From Acidobacteriota bacterium (lineage in GTDB: Bacteria > Acidobacteriota > Polarisedimenticolia > Polarisedimenticolales > DASRJG01): a DNA stretch of 64,000 nucleotides. The notes under the pieces are model-generated. The model saw only the letters and a list, made by a program, of their open reading frames with translations, ran no database searches and was not told the DNA's origin. Location of the stretch: the NCBI GenBank assembly GCA_032124015.1, contig JAQBEH010000022.1, positions 10,585-74,584 of the forward strand. Reading direction: 5' to 3'. Shown here piece by piece: positions 1 to 10,577 of this stretch (the stretch's first letter is position 1; every line of letters begins with the position of its first letter). Both the position numbers and the translations under genes were made by a program.

Positions 1-1
1 G

Positions 2-1399
2 TTCGATCGCCTCGGCCGGCACCCCGCCTACAAGTACTTCGGCACGCTGGGCATCTTCACCTGCCTGACCGTCGCCGGCTACTATTGCTACATCGAATCG
101 TGGGCGCTCGCGTACGTCTGGCACTCGATCGTCGGCACGTTTCGGACCGTCCCCCCGGAACAGTTCTTTCCCAGCTACCTCGGCCAGCACGAGACGTCGT
201 TGTTCGCGTTTCCCGGCGAGGCGGCGTTCTGGTTCCTGCTCACTTTGGTCTTGAACATCTCGATCCTCTCTCGCGGCCTGGCGAAAGGGGTCGAACTCGC
301 GGCGAAGATCGCGATGCCGCTCCTCGTCGTTTTTGGCGCCGTGCTGGCCGTGCGTGGATTGACCTTGCCCGTCGGATCGGCGGGTGTTGTCGAGAGCCCA
401 CTCGTCGGCCTCAATTTCGTCTGGAATCCGAAGCCCTCGGGGCTTTGGGATCCGGCGACGTGGCTCGCCGCCGCGGGGCAGATCTTCTTCACGCTTTCGG
501 TGGGGATGGGCTCGATCCATTGCTACGCGGCCTACCTGAAGGAAAACGACGACATCGCCCTGAATGCGGCCAGCGCCGGCTGGATGAACGAGTTCATCGA
601 AGTGATCCTGGGGGGCTCGATCCTGATCCCGATCGCCACCGCCTACCTCGGGCTCGAAGCGGTGCAACAGGCGACGGTGGGCGGGAGCGGTTTCGGCCTC
701 GGCTTTCTGACGCTCCCGAAGCTCTTCCTCAACTGGGGTTGGTTTGCGCCCGTGGCCGGGGCGATGTGGTTCGGGCTGCTTTTCTTCGCCGGTATCACGT
801 CATCGCTCGCGATGGGACAGCCGGTCCTGGCGTTTCTCGAGGACGAATTCGACGTCGCCCGCAAAAAGGCGGCACTCGTTTTCGGCGCGGCGATCGCGGG
901 GCTGGGTTTCTTTTGCATGTGGCTCTACCCCGGAGGCGCGTTCGACGAGTTCGATTTCTGGACCGGCACGTTTTCCCTGGTCGTTTTCGCGCTGGTCGAG
1001 ACGTTCGTCTTCGCGTGGGTGTTCGGCATGGAGAAGGGTTGGGCTGAGATCACCCGTGGGGCCGACATGAGGGTGCCCCGGGTGTTTCGCTACGTAATTC
1101 AGTACGTCACGCCCTTCCTGCTCCTGTTCATCTTTCTCGCGGCGCTCGTCAAACCAGCCGGAGACTGGGGTGCGGCCCTGGCGTCCTTGATGGCGGGCGA
1201 TGGCTGGCCGTTCGCCGCCGATAGCGTCATCGGAAAGTTGTTTCATCTCGGTGGTTCGTACGTGTGGTTCGACGCCGCGGGGCGGGGCACGCGGGAGTTG
1301 GTCATCGATCTGACGCGTGTGCTCCTGGCCGCCGTCCTCGCCGGCTGCATGGCGCTGACCTGGCGCGCCTGGCGACGCGAGAAGGGGCGTGCACGATGA
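2..1399 (+). CDS. Sodium-dependent transporter, NSS/SNF family (5' end outside window)
   Basis: The frame is open from the window edge (FDRLGRHPAYKYFGTLGIF..YIESWALAY). The body is multi-TM and carries the NSS-type motif GQIFFTLSVGMG. ORF-track entry 200..1399 is the in-frame tail. Confidence 0.85.
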   Translation, partial: FDRLGRHPAYKYFGTLGIFTCLTVAGYYCYIESWALAYVWHSIVGTFRTVPPEQFFPSYLGQHETSLFAFPGEAAFWFLLTLVLNISILSRGLAKGVELAAKIAMPLLVVFGAVLAVRGLTLPVGSAGVVESPLVGLNFVWNPKPSGLWDPATWLAAAGQIFFTLSVGMGSIHCYAAYLKENDDIALNAASAGWMNEFIEVILGGSILIPIATAYLGLEAVQQATVGGSGFGLGFLTLPKLFLNWGWFAPVAGAMWFGLLFFAGITSSLAMGQPVLAFLEDEFDVARKKAALVFGAAIAGLGFFCMWLYPGGAFDEFDFWTGTFSLVVFALVETFVFAWVFGMEKGWAEITRGADMRVPRVFRYVIQYVTPFLLLFIFLAALVKPAGDWGAALASLMAGDGWPFAADSVIGKLFHLGGSYVWFDAAGRGTRELVIDLTRVLLAAVLAGCMALTWRAWRREKGRAR

Positions 1400-1497
1400 C
1401 GCGCGCCGCGTGGATCATGCTGGCTGCGACGTGGGCCGTGATCGCCTACTTCATGATCCGTTTCTTCTGGATGGTCTTGAAGGCGCCAAAGAAATAG
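1396..1497 (+). CDS. 33-aa single-TM peptide, MetS-like small subunit of an NSS importer
   Basis: ATG 1396 overlaps the NSS stop (ATGA). The peptide MTRAAWIMLAATWAVIAYFMIRFFWMVLKAPKK is one hydrophobic helix plus a basic tail. Its position and size are typical of NSS small subunits. Confidence 0.55.
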   Translation: MTRAAWIMLAATWAVIAYFMIRFFWMVLKAPKK

Positions 1498-1576
1498 GGG
1501 GCAGAATAAGGGGACAGCAACCGTTTTCCCTGGTGGAAAACGGTTGCTGTCCCCTTATTCTGCCCCCTATTTCTTT
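1488..1576. terminator. 89-nt perfect palindrome (42-bp arms, 5-nt loop CTGGT); candidate bidirectional terminator related to the REP family
   Basis: 1488..1529 is the exact reverse complement of 1535..1576, checked base by base; the first mismatch is 1487/1577. The outer arm ends carry the Lys-Lys-TAG ends of both convergent genes. Confidence 0.8.
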
Positions 1577-2193
1577 TTGTGCCGCAGGTACTCGATGGCG
1601 AGCGGGAGCATCGAGATGGCGATGATCACCAGGATCACGAGAGAGAAGTTGTTCTTCACGACCGTGATGTTTCCGAATGCGTACCCCGCGGCCAGGCACG
1701 TCCCGACCCAGGTCACGCCCCCCACGACGTTGTAGGCAAGAAATCGCGGATACGACATGGTGCCGATCCCGGCGACGAACGGAGCGAACGTCCGGATGAT
1801 CGGCACGAAGCGTGCGAGGAAGATCGTCTTCCCGCCGTGCCGTTCGTAAAAGGCGTGCGTGCGCATCAGGTGCTCGTGCTTCAAGAAGCGAATCTTTCCG
1901 GTGAACGCCGCGGGCCCTATCGCCTTGCCGATCGAGTAGTTCACGGTGTCGCCGAGGATAGCCGCGGTGGCGAGAAGCACGAAAAGGGCGATCGGGTCCA
2001 GCGCTCCGGTCGCGGCCAACGCCCCGCACGCGAACAAGAGCGAATCCCCGGGAAGAAAGGGGGTCACGACGAACCCTGTCTCGAGGAAGACGATTGCAAA
2101 GAGGAAGCCGTAGGTCGAAGAACCGTGAGCCTGCACGAAATCTCCGAGGTGACGGTCGAGGTGCAGGAAGACGTCGATGATCCAATGCAGCAC
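1567..2193 (-). CDS. DedA family (VTT domain) inner-membrane protein
   Basis: 208-aa ORF. It carries typical DedA motifs (ETGFVVTPFLPGDSLLF, GKTIFLARFVPIIRTFAPFVAG). Confidence 0.85.
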   Translation of the reverse strand: MLHWIIDVFLHLDRHLGDFVQAHGSSTYGFLFAIVFLETGFVVTPFLPGDSLLFACGALAATGALDPIALFVLLATAAILGDTVNYSIGKAIGPAAFTGKIRFLKHEHLMRTHAFYERHGGKTIFLARFVPIIRTFAPFVAGIGTMSYPRFLAYNVVGGVTWVGTCLAAGYAFGNITVVKNNFSLVILVIIAISMLPLAIEYLRHKKK

Positions 2194-2242
2194 GGCGGAC
2201 CCCCTCGAGGGCGAACGAAACCGGGAGTCTAGCAGGGCGCAA

Positions 2243-2272
2243 TTGACAGCCCACCGGGGGGGTTGCTAGAAC
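2243..2272 (+). promoter_or_regulatory. Sigma70-like promoter candidate for the APC permease
   Basis: TTGACA (2243..2248), 18-nt spacer, TAGAAC (2267..2272). An 8-bp GC hairpin GTCCGCCC/GGGCGGAC (2286..2305) follows, upstream of GTG 2320. Hexamer match only. Confidence 0.3.
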
Positions 2273-2319
2273 GTCTCGCGGCCGGGTCCGCCCTTGGGGG
2301 CGGACGGGGGTAGTTAAGC

Positions 2320-4164
2320 GTGTCTCCTGGATTCGCCGTCGGTGCCCTCAAGCACCTGCTCGTGGGCAGACCGATTCCCTCGCACCAGGCTCACCAAGAG
2401 CGCTACACGAAGTCCACCGGGCTTGCGATTCTCTCGTCCGACGCCCTGTCGTCCGTTGCGTATGCGACCGAGGAAATCCTCCGCACGCTTCTGATCGCCG
2501 GCACCGCTTCGCTATGGCTGGTCACGCCGATCGGCTGCGTCATCGCCGGGCTGATGCTCGTGATCGCCTTTTCCTACCGCCAGACGATCTACGCCTATCC
2601 GGGGGGCGGCGGGGCCTATCGGGTCGCGCGCGAGAACATTGGAACCGTCGCCGGGCTCGTCGCGGCCGCGGCGCTGCTCCTCGACTATGTGTTGACCGTC
2701 GCCGTCAGCATCGCGGCCGGGGTCGCCGCCGTCACGTCGGCTTTCCCCGCGTGGCACGTCAACACCGTGGAACTCGCCCTCGGGTTCCTCGCGCTCATCA
2801 TGATCGGCAACCTGCGCGGCATCCGCGAATCGGGGCGCATTTTCTCGGTCCCGACGTTTTTCTTCCTCGGCAGCATGGGAACGCTTCTGCTCGTCGGGGT
2901 CTACAAGGTGCTGACCGGCGACGTCGCTCCGATCGTGCCCGCTTCGGCCGCTTTCGTCCCGGCGGAGACGGCATCCCTCTCGATCTTCCTGGTGCTTCGT
3001 GCGTTCGCGAATGGTTGCACCGCACTCACGGGAATCGAGGCGATCTCGGACGGGGTCCCGGCGTTCAAGCCTCCAGAGGCCAGAAACGCCGCGATCACGC
3101 TCCTGGTCATGGCCGGCTGCGCGGTCGTGCTCTTCATGGGCGTCACGCTCCTCGCGGGTACGTTCCACATCGTCCCGCGCCACGAAGAGACCGTCATCTC
3201 CCAGCTCAATAGGGCGATTCTGGGAGGTCGCGGCCCGTTTTACTACATGGTCCAGGCCGCGACGACCATGATCCTCGTGCTCGCGGCGAACACCGCGTTT
3301 TCGGATTTCCCCCGTCTGGCCTCGATCATCGCCCGCGACAAGTTCCTGCCCCGCCAGCTCGCCAATCAGGGCGACCGCCTCGCGTTTTCGAACGGCATCG
3401 TCATGCTGAGCTGTCTTTCGGGAGTCCTTCTGTTCAGCTTCGGCGGCGACACGCACGCGCTGATCCCGCTCTACATGCTGGGCGTTTTCGTGTCGTTTAC
3501 GTTGTCGCAGGCCGGTATGGTTATCAAGTGGCGCCGCGAGCGGAAGCCCGGCTGGCGCTTCGGGGTGTTCATCAGTGGGCTCGGCGCGACGCTCACACTG
3601 ATCGTCCTGTTCGTCGTTGCGATCACGAAGTTCCGCGAGGGGGCGTGGATCATCATCGTCCTCATCCCGATACTCGTCGCCCACTTCCTCGCGATTCGCC
3701 GTCATTACGACAAGGTGGCGCAGCAGCTGTCGTTGAAGGGCGTTGCCGTTGCCGACAAGAAGCACAATACGGTCATCGTTCCGATCGGCGGCGTCCACCG
3801 CGCAGTGGTCCAGGCTCTGGAGTACGCGCGCACGCTGTCGGACGACGTTCGTGCGATCTACGTCGACGTCGATGCCCACGCCACCCAGGAAATCCGCGAA
3901 GACTGGTCTCGCTGGGGGAAGGGGATCCGGCTCGAGATCCTGGCTTCGCCGTTCCGGTCGGTCATGGAGCCGCTCCTTGAGTACATCGAGCTCACGAACG
4001 ACGAGCGCCCTGACGACTTCATAACGGTGCTGCTCCCGGAGTTCGTGCCCGCTCGCTGGTGGCACCATCTGTTGCACAATCAACGCGCCCTTCTGATCAA
4101 GGGGGCGCTGCTGTTCCGGCCCAACATCGTTGTCACGAGCGTCCCGTACCACCTGCACGACTGA
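2320..4164 (+). CDS. APC-superfamily amino acid/polyamine permease with C-terminal cytoplasmic domain
   Basis: 614-aa ORF with a GTG start. The N-terminal two thirds are about 12 TM helices (SSDALSSVAYATEEIL..). A soluble C-terminal domain of about 150 aa follows. Confidence 0.75.
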   Translation: MSPGFAVGALKHLLVGRPIPSHQAHQERYTKSTGLAILSSDALSSVAYATEEILRTLLIAGTASLWLVTPIGCVIAGLMLVIAFSYRQTIYAYPGGGGAYRVARENIGTVAGLVAAAALLLDYVLTVAVSIAAGVAAVTSAFPAWHVNTVELALGFLALIMIGNLRGIRESGRIFSVPTFFFLGSMGTLLLVGVYKVLTGDVAPIVPASAAFVPAETASLSIFLVLRAFANGCTALTGIEAISDGVPAFKPPEARNAAITLLVMAGCAVVLFMGVTLLAGTFHIVPRHEETVISQLNRAILGGRGPFYYMVQAATTMILVLAANTAFSDFPRLASIIARDKFLPRQLANQGDRLAFSNGIVMLSCLSGVLLFSFGGDTHALIPLYMLGVFVSFTLSQAGMVIKWRRERKPGWRFGVFISGLGATLTLIVLFVVAITKFREGAWIIIVLIPILVAHFLAIRRHYDKVAQQLSLKGVAVADKKHNTVIVPIGGVHRAVVQALEYARTLSDDVRAIYVDVDAHATQEIREDWSRWGKGIRLEILASPFRSVMEPLLEYIELTNDERPDDFITVLLPEFVPARWWHHLLHNQRALLIKGALLFRPNIVVTSVPYHLHD

Positions 4165-4173
4165 TAGGCGACG

Positions 4174-4256
4174 GGGAAGAGGGGACACTCCCCTTTTTCT
4201 CACAAAGCTCCCCGGACACAGCTTCGATGAGAAAAAGGGGAGTGTCCCCTTTTCCC
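4174..4256. repeat. REPIN-like doublet: two inverted REP copies separated by a 25-nt spacer
   Basis: 4174..4202 (GGGAAGAGGGGACACTCCCCTTTTTCTCA) pairs with 4228..4256 at 28 of 29 positions, with one G-T. Each arm contains the 13-mer core (4181..4193 and 4237..4249). Confidence 0.8.
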
Positions 4257-6182
4257 ACCGAGTATTCTCCGTACGTGATTCCGCTGTCCCGCATTCCGCA
4301 TCGCATCGCCGTGCCGGCGCTCCTGGCGCTGTTCGTCACTTGCGGATTCGTCTCGCTGTCGAGGGATTCCATAACGTTCGACGAGACGGCTCACCTGGGC
4401 GCAGGCGTTTCGTATTTCGAAACTGGCGATTTCCGCCTCAACCCCGAGCACCCGCCGCTCGCCAAGTTAATCGCGGCCGCGCCCCTCGCGGTGTTGCACC
4501 GGGGTGGAGGGAATTACGACTCGCCCCTGTGGACCGGATCCCGTGCCAGCGCTGGCGAACCGCGTCGTTCGCACGCAAGCGAGTGGGGATTCGGTTTCGA
4601 ACTCCTGAACGGTCACCGCGCGGATGCATCGCGTCGTGATCCCGCGGCGCGACTGTCGCCGGCTCGTTGCATGATCCTGATCCTGGGGGTTCTGCTCGCG
4701 ATGGTCGTGTACGCCTGGGCCCGCGAGCTCTACGGGCCGCCCGCCGGACTTCTCGCCCTCGCACTCGCGATCACCTGCCCGGCGCTCTTAGCCCACGCGC
4801 GCCTCGTGACGACCGACCTTCCGGCCGCCCTCGGTTTCACGGCAACGACCTGGCTTGCGTGGAGATGGCTTTCGGCGCCGTCGTGGCGGCGCGCGGCGCT
4901 CACCGGCATGGGCCTGGGCGGGGCCGTCTTGTTCAAGTTCTCGTGCGCGCTCCTCGCCCCGCTCGTCGTGGTGCTCGCCGCGATCGCCGTTGCGACCGGA
5001 CGGTTGGACTTGAAGCGCGCGGGCGCGGGGCTCGCACTGATCGCAGCCATTGGCTACGGGTCGATCTGGGCCGGGTACGGGTTTCGTTTCGAGGCCTCGC
5101 GGGATCCGGGTTACGTTCTCGAGTGGGAGGGTCTCGCCGAAGACGCACCGCTCGCTCCCACGATCGTCTTCGCGCGCGAGCACCGTCTCCTCCCCGAGGC
5201 CTACCTCTTCGGCCTCGCCTACGCGAAAACCGAGTCCGTTGGACGCATCGCGTTTCTCGATGGAGAGCAGTCGCTCGCCGGCTGGTACCGCTATTTCCCC
5301 GAGGCGTTCTTTTTGAAAACACCCTTGGCGTTCACCGCGCTCGCGCTGTGGGTCCTCGCGGCCAGTGCGCTCCGCACTCGCGGTAGGAGCTTCGACGGAT
5401 GGTGCGTCGCGCTGACACCGCTCGTGTTCGCCGCGGTCGCGATCCTGAACCGCTTCAACATCGGCCACCGCCACGTGGCATCCGTCTACCCGTTCCTGTG
5501 CGTGGCGATCGCACCCGCGGCGGCGTGGCTTTCGGAGCGCGGTGCGCGGGCCGTCGCCGTCGCCGTCCTCGTCGGATCGTGCTTCGTCTCGTTCGCCCTC
5601 GCGACGCCCCGTTACCTCTCGTACTTCAACGTCTTCGCGGGCGGGCCGCGCGGCGGCGCCCAACACTTGGTGGACTCCAACATCGACTGGGGGCAGGATC
5701 TCATCCGCCTGAAGAGTTGGATGTCGGCCCGGAGCATCGAGGAAGTCGATCTCGCCTACTTCGGCACCGCCGATCCGCGCGCGTACGACATCAAGTTCCG
5801 GAAGGTCTTGCTGCTCTTTGATTTCTACCCGGAACTACCGGTCGTGCGGCCGGAGGCCGGTCACTACCTCGCCGCGAGCGTCACGCTGCTCGCGGGGGTC
5901 GACCCGAATGCTGATCGCTTGTTTGCGAAGGAACTCCTCAAGCGCGGGGTCGTTCCGCGAGACCAGATCGCGGCATACCAAAGCGACAGCGAGTTGCGCC
6001 GCGCCCGGGGGCTTCCTCTCGTGCACATCGCGGACTGGATGGTCCAGCGCGGACTGATCACCGCCGACGAGCGGCGCATGGCGGACGATGTGATCCCCGC
6101 GACGTGGCTCAGAAACGCGCGCGAGACGCTTACGCCTGTCGGCTGGGCCGGCGATTCGATCGCGATCTACCGGATGCCCTGA
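4227..6182 (+). CDS. GT-C fold glycosyltransferase, ArnT/PMT (GT39)-like membrane protein
   Basis: ITFDETAHLGAG..NPEHPPLAKL first-loop motif followed by many TM helices. The start is ambiguous: ATG 4227 lies inside the REPIN, and GTG 4275 is an alternative. The ORF-track start 4059 overlaps the upstream gene and is rejected. Confidence 0.7.
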   Translation: MRKRGVSPFPTEYSPYVIPLSRIPHRIAVPALLALFVTCGFVSLSRDSITFDETAHLGAGVSYFETGDFRLNPEHPPLAKLIAAAPLAVLHRGGGNYDSPLWTGSRASAGEPRRSHASEWGFGFELLNGHRADASRRDPAARLSPARCMILILGVLLAMVVYAWARELYGPPAGLLALALAITCPALLAHARLVTTDLPAALGFTATTWLAWRWLSAPSWRRAALTGMGLGGAVLFKFSCALLAPLVVVLAAIAVATGRLDLKRAGAGLALIAAIGYGSIWAGYGFRFEASRDPGYVLEWEGLAEDAPLAPTIVFAREHRLLPEAYLFGLAYAKTESVGRIAFLDGEQSLAGWYRYFPEAFFLKTPLAFTALALWVLAASALRTRGRSFDGWCVALTPLVFAAVAILNRFNIGHRHVASVYPFLCVAIAPAAAWLSERGARAVAVAVLVGSCFVSFALATPRYLSYFNVFAGGPRGGAQHLVDSNIDWGQDLIRLKSWMSARSIEEVDLAYFGTADPRAYDIKFRKVLLLFDFYPELPVVRPEAGHYLAASVTLLAGVDPNADRLFAKELLKRGVVPRDQIAAYQSDSELRRARGLPLVHIADWMVQRGLITADERRMADDVIPATWLRNARETLTPVGWAGDSIAIYRMP

Positions 6183-6817
6183 TCCTGCGCGGCCGCGACA
6201 AAGGCCCGGATCTTCGCGTAGTCCTTGAAGCCGTCGGCGCCCCTCGTCCCGGAGTTGACGTCGACCGCGGAGGGGCGCACCTGGGCGATGGCTTCCGCGA
6301 CGTTGTCGGGCGTGAGGCCACCCGCCAGGATCACCGGCTTTGGGGACGCCGCGGCGATGCGAGCGCTGATCGACCAGTCGTGCGTCGTCCCCGTGCCGCC
6401 GATGCGCCCGCGAGTTTTTGTATCGAGCAAGACGGCATCCGCGACGCGGGCGGCCGCCAGCGCCGCCGCGATCGTGTCCTCGCCCGTGACGTGGACGCTC
6501 TTGACGATGGCCGCGTAGGGGAGCGCCTCTCGTAGCGCGGAGATCGCAACCAGGGGGAAGTCTCCGTGGAGCTGCGCCACCGTCGCCCCGGACTCGCGCA
6601 TCAGCGCTGTTACCTCGGCAAGGCCGGTGCGATGCGTCACCAGGACGCGGCTGACGAAGGGTGGGACGGCTTCGAAAATGCGTCGCGCGGCCGCGGGATC
6701 GATCCTGTCGGGGGTGGCGTAGTCGAGCCCGACCAGGCACCCCACGGCGTCCGCCCCGGCCAGGACCGCGGCCAGAGCGTCTTCCACCCGTCTCAACCCG
6801 CAGATCTTCACGCGCAT
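6167..6817 (-). CDS. trpF: Phosphoribosylanthranilate isomerase
   Basis: MRVKICGL.., ..LLDTKT..GGTG.. and PVILAGGL are typical TrpF motifs. ATG 6817 is preferred over the upstream TTG 6826. Confidence 0.85.
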   Translation of the reverse strand: MRVKICGLRRVEDALAAVLAGADAVGCLVGLDYATPDRIDPAAARRIFEAVPPFVSRVLVTHRTGLAEVTALMRESGATVAQLHGDFPLVAISALREALPYAAIVKSVHVTGEDTIAAALAAARVADAVLLDTKTRGRIGGTGTTHDWSISARIAAASPKPVILAGGLTPDNVAEAIAQVRPSAVDVNSGTRGADGFKDYAKIRAFVAAAQDQGIR

Positions 6818-6826
6818 AGGCCCCAA

Positions 6827-6880
6827 GGATAGGGGACCTGGGGGATAGGGGACACTCCCCTTTTCGGATGTCCTCTATCC
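6827..6880. repeat. REP copy embedded in a nested hairpin
   Basis: Outer inverted repeat GGATAGGGGAC (6827..6837) / GTCCTCTATCC (6870..6880) matches at 10 of 11 positions. It encloses ATAGGGGACACTCCCCTTTT (6845..6864). Confidence 0.75.
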
Positions 6881-6887
6881 TTGCGCC

Positions 6888-7070
6888 ATGGACGAAGACC
6901 TCATCCAGGCGCAGTGCCCCTATTGCGGCTCCTGGCAGGAACTGGTCCTCGACCCGGGGTCCGTCGGGCAGATGGTCCAGGACTGCGAGGTTTGTTGCAA
7001 ACCGTGGGAAATGACCGTCGTCCGGAGCCGGTCCGGCGCCGTCACGGTGCGCCTCCTACGAATGGACTAA
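6888..7070 (+). CDS. CPXCG-motif cysteine-rich small protein (zinc-ribbon like)
   Basis: 60-aa ORF with CPYCG near the N-terminus and CEVCC downstream, matching the CPXCG small-protein family pattern. Confidence 0.6.
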   Translation: MDEDLIQAQCPYCGSWQELVLDPGSVGQMVQDCEVCCKPWEMTVVRSRSGAVTVRLLRMD

Positions 7071-7092
7071 AACCCCGAATCCCTGGTATAAC
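7063..7092 (+). promoter_or_regulatory. Sigma70-like promoter candidate (extended -10) for hppA
   Basis: TGGACT (7063..7068), 18-nt spacer containing a TGG extension, TATAAC (7087..7092). This would give a leader of about 165 nt. Hexamer match only. Confidence 0.3.
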
Positions 7093-7264
7093 CCACCGGC
7101 TTTCTGTCCGATGGGTTAACCCCAAGCGGGGTCTTGTGGGGCCGGAAGCGTTGGGCGCTGAAGCGTCCGCCAAGCGGCGGGCGGCCAACCCCTCCAAAAC
7201 TCGATTCCGTCCGCAATGCGGGCGGGGCAATGTGGCTTCACGCGAGCCGAGGAGAGAGGTTTCG

Positions 7265-9726
<2,462 letters not shown>

Positions 9727-9730
<4 letters not shown>

Positions 9731-9750
9731 GGGACAGTCCCCTTTTTCTT
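9727..9750. repeat. REP copy, one-mismatch core (GGGGACAGTCCCC)
   Basis: The sequence is ATAGGGGACAGTCCCCTTTTTCTT. The hppA stop TAG (9728..9730) is part of the element. Confidence 0.7.
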
Positions 9751-9778
9751 ACAAAATCAGAGAAGCGATTAAATCGAG

Positions 9779-9810
9779 ACGGCCGCTCCGAAGGGGGCGG
9801 CCGTTTTCTT
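9779..9810 (+). terminator. Rho-independent terminator candidate downstream of hppA
   Basis: Stem ACGGCCGC (9779..9786) / GCGGCCGT (9797..9804), followed by TTTCTT. Confidence 0.6.
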
Positions 9811-9874
9811 GTCGGCGTATGCTGCCCGAGTCAGAGCCAACCGTCGCGCCTGCGACGAAAAAAGAGGGTCGACA

Positions 9875-10240
9875 ATGAAGAGCAAATCGCAGAAATCAAG
9901 AACGACGCCTCAAACGGTCGAACAAGCGCGAATCGCGGCTAAACGCGCCGACACGGACGCTCGCGAAGCAAAAGAGAAGGCGCGGTCGGCAAAGTCCACT
10001 CTGAAGGCCGCCAGGAAGGCGTTCAAGAGTCTCGAGAAAGCGGCAAAGACAGCCCGCAAGGAGGCTCGTCGCGCTCAACAACAGGTCGAAGCCTTGCTCG
10101 CGCGTCAGGCCAAACCGAAGAAACGGACGGTCAAACGACGCCGAGCGCCCAAGAAAGCGGCAGCGCCTGCATCGAAGCCGCCGGTGGCCGAGGCGCCGGT
10201 TGTCGCAACGAGCGCTGAAATCCTCGGAGAACATCGATGA
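9875..10240 (+). CDS. Lys/Ala-rich basic protein (histone H1-like / nucleoid-associated candidate)
   Basis: ATG 9875 is preceded by AAAGAGGG. The 121-aa product is dominated by A, K, R and E (AKRADTDAREAKEKARSAKSTLKAARKAFK..KPKKRTVKRRRAPKKAAAP). Confidence 0.55.
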   Translation: MKSKSQKSRTTPQTVEQARIAAKRADTDAREAKEKARSAKSTLKAARKAFKSLEKAAKTARKEARRAQQQVEALLARQAKPKKRTVKRRRAPKKAAAPASKPPVAEAPVVATSAEILGEHR

Positions 10241-10469
10241 GAACCGCTCGAGCGCGGGCCTCAAGGCGCCGGGCCGTGAACTCGGCCTCAACCAACGGCG
10301 TCGCGGAGGCAGCCTACGAAAACAAGAAGTAGCCGTCTCGAGCTGGTGGCGGCGACGCCCGAGTTGACGCGCGCGGACTGGGCGGTCGTCATCGCGTCCT
10401 TGAGATTGTCCGGGACGACACGAGTAAAGTAATCTCCAACGGGGTCGGTTTCCGGGTGATCGGAGACGC

Positions 10470-10577
10470 ATGAGCGGAATCGCGCTCGAAAACGTCGAAG
10501 CCGGGAACCCGTCGGACTGTGGCATCGCCTGCCTGAAGAATCCCAAGAACATCTTGGAGAAGGGGCTACCTCTATGA
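10470..10577 (+). CDS. Hypothetical 35-aa peptide coupled to the downstream membrane protein
   Basis: The sequence is MSGIALENVEAGNPSDCGIACLKNPKNILEKGLPL. The stop overlaps the next ATG (ATGA at 10574..10577) and most third codon positions are G/C. The SD is weak and closely spaced. Confidence 0.3.
   Translation: MSGIALENVEAGNPSDCGIACLKNPKNILEKGLPL

Noticed and set aside
2512-4203. 563-aa minus-strand ORF, with several other long ORFs antisense to the APC permease gene
   Set aside because: Its composition is Arg/Asp/Gly/Pro-rich and low in complexity, which is typical of shadow frames in GC-rich DNA. The opposite strand encodes a clear multi-TM permease.
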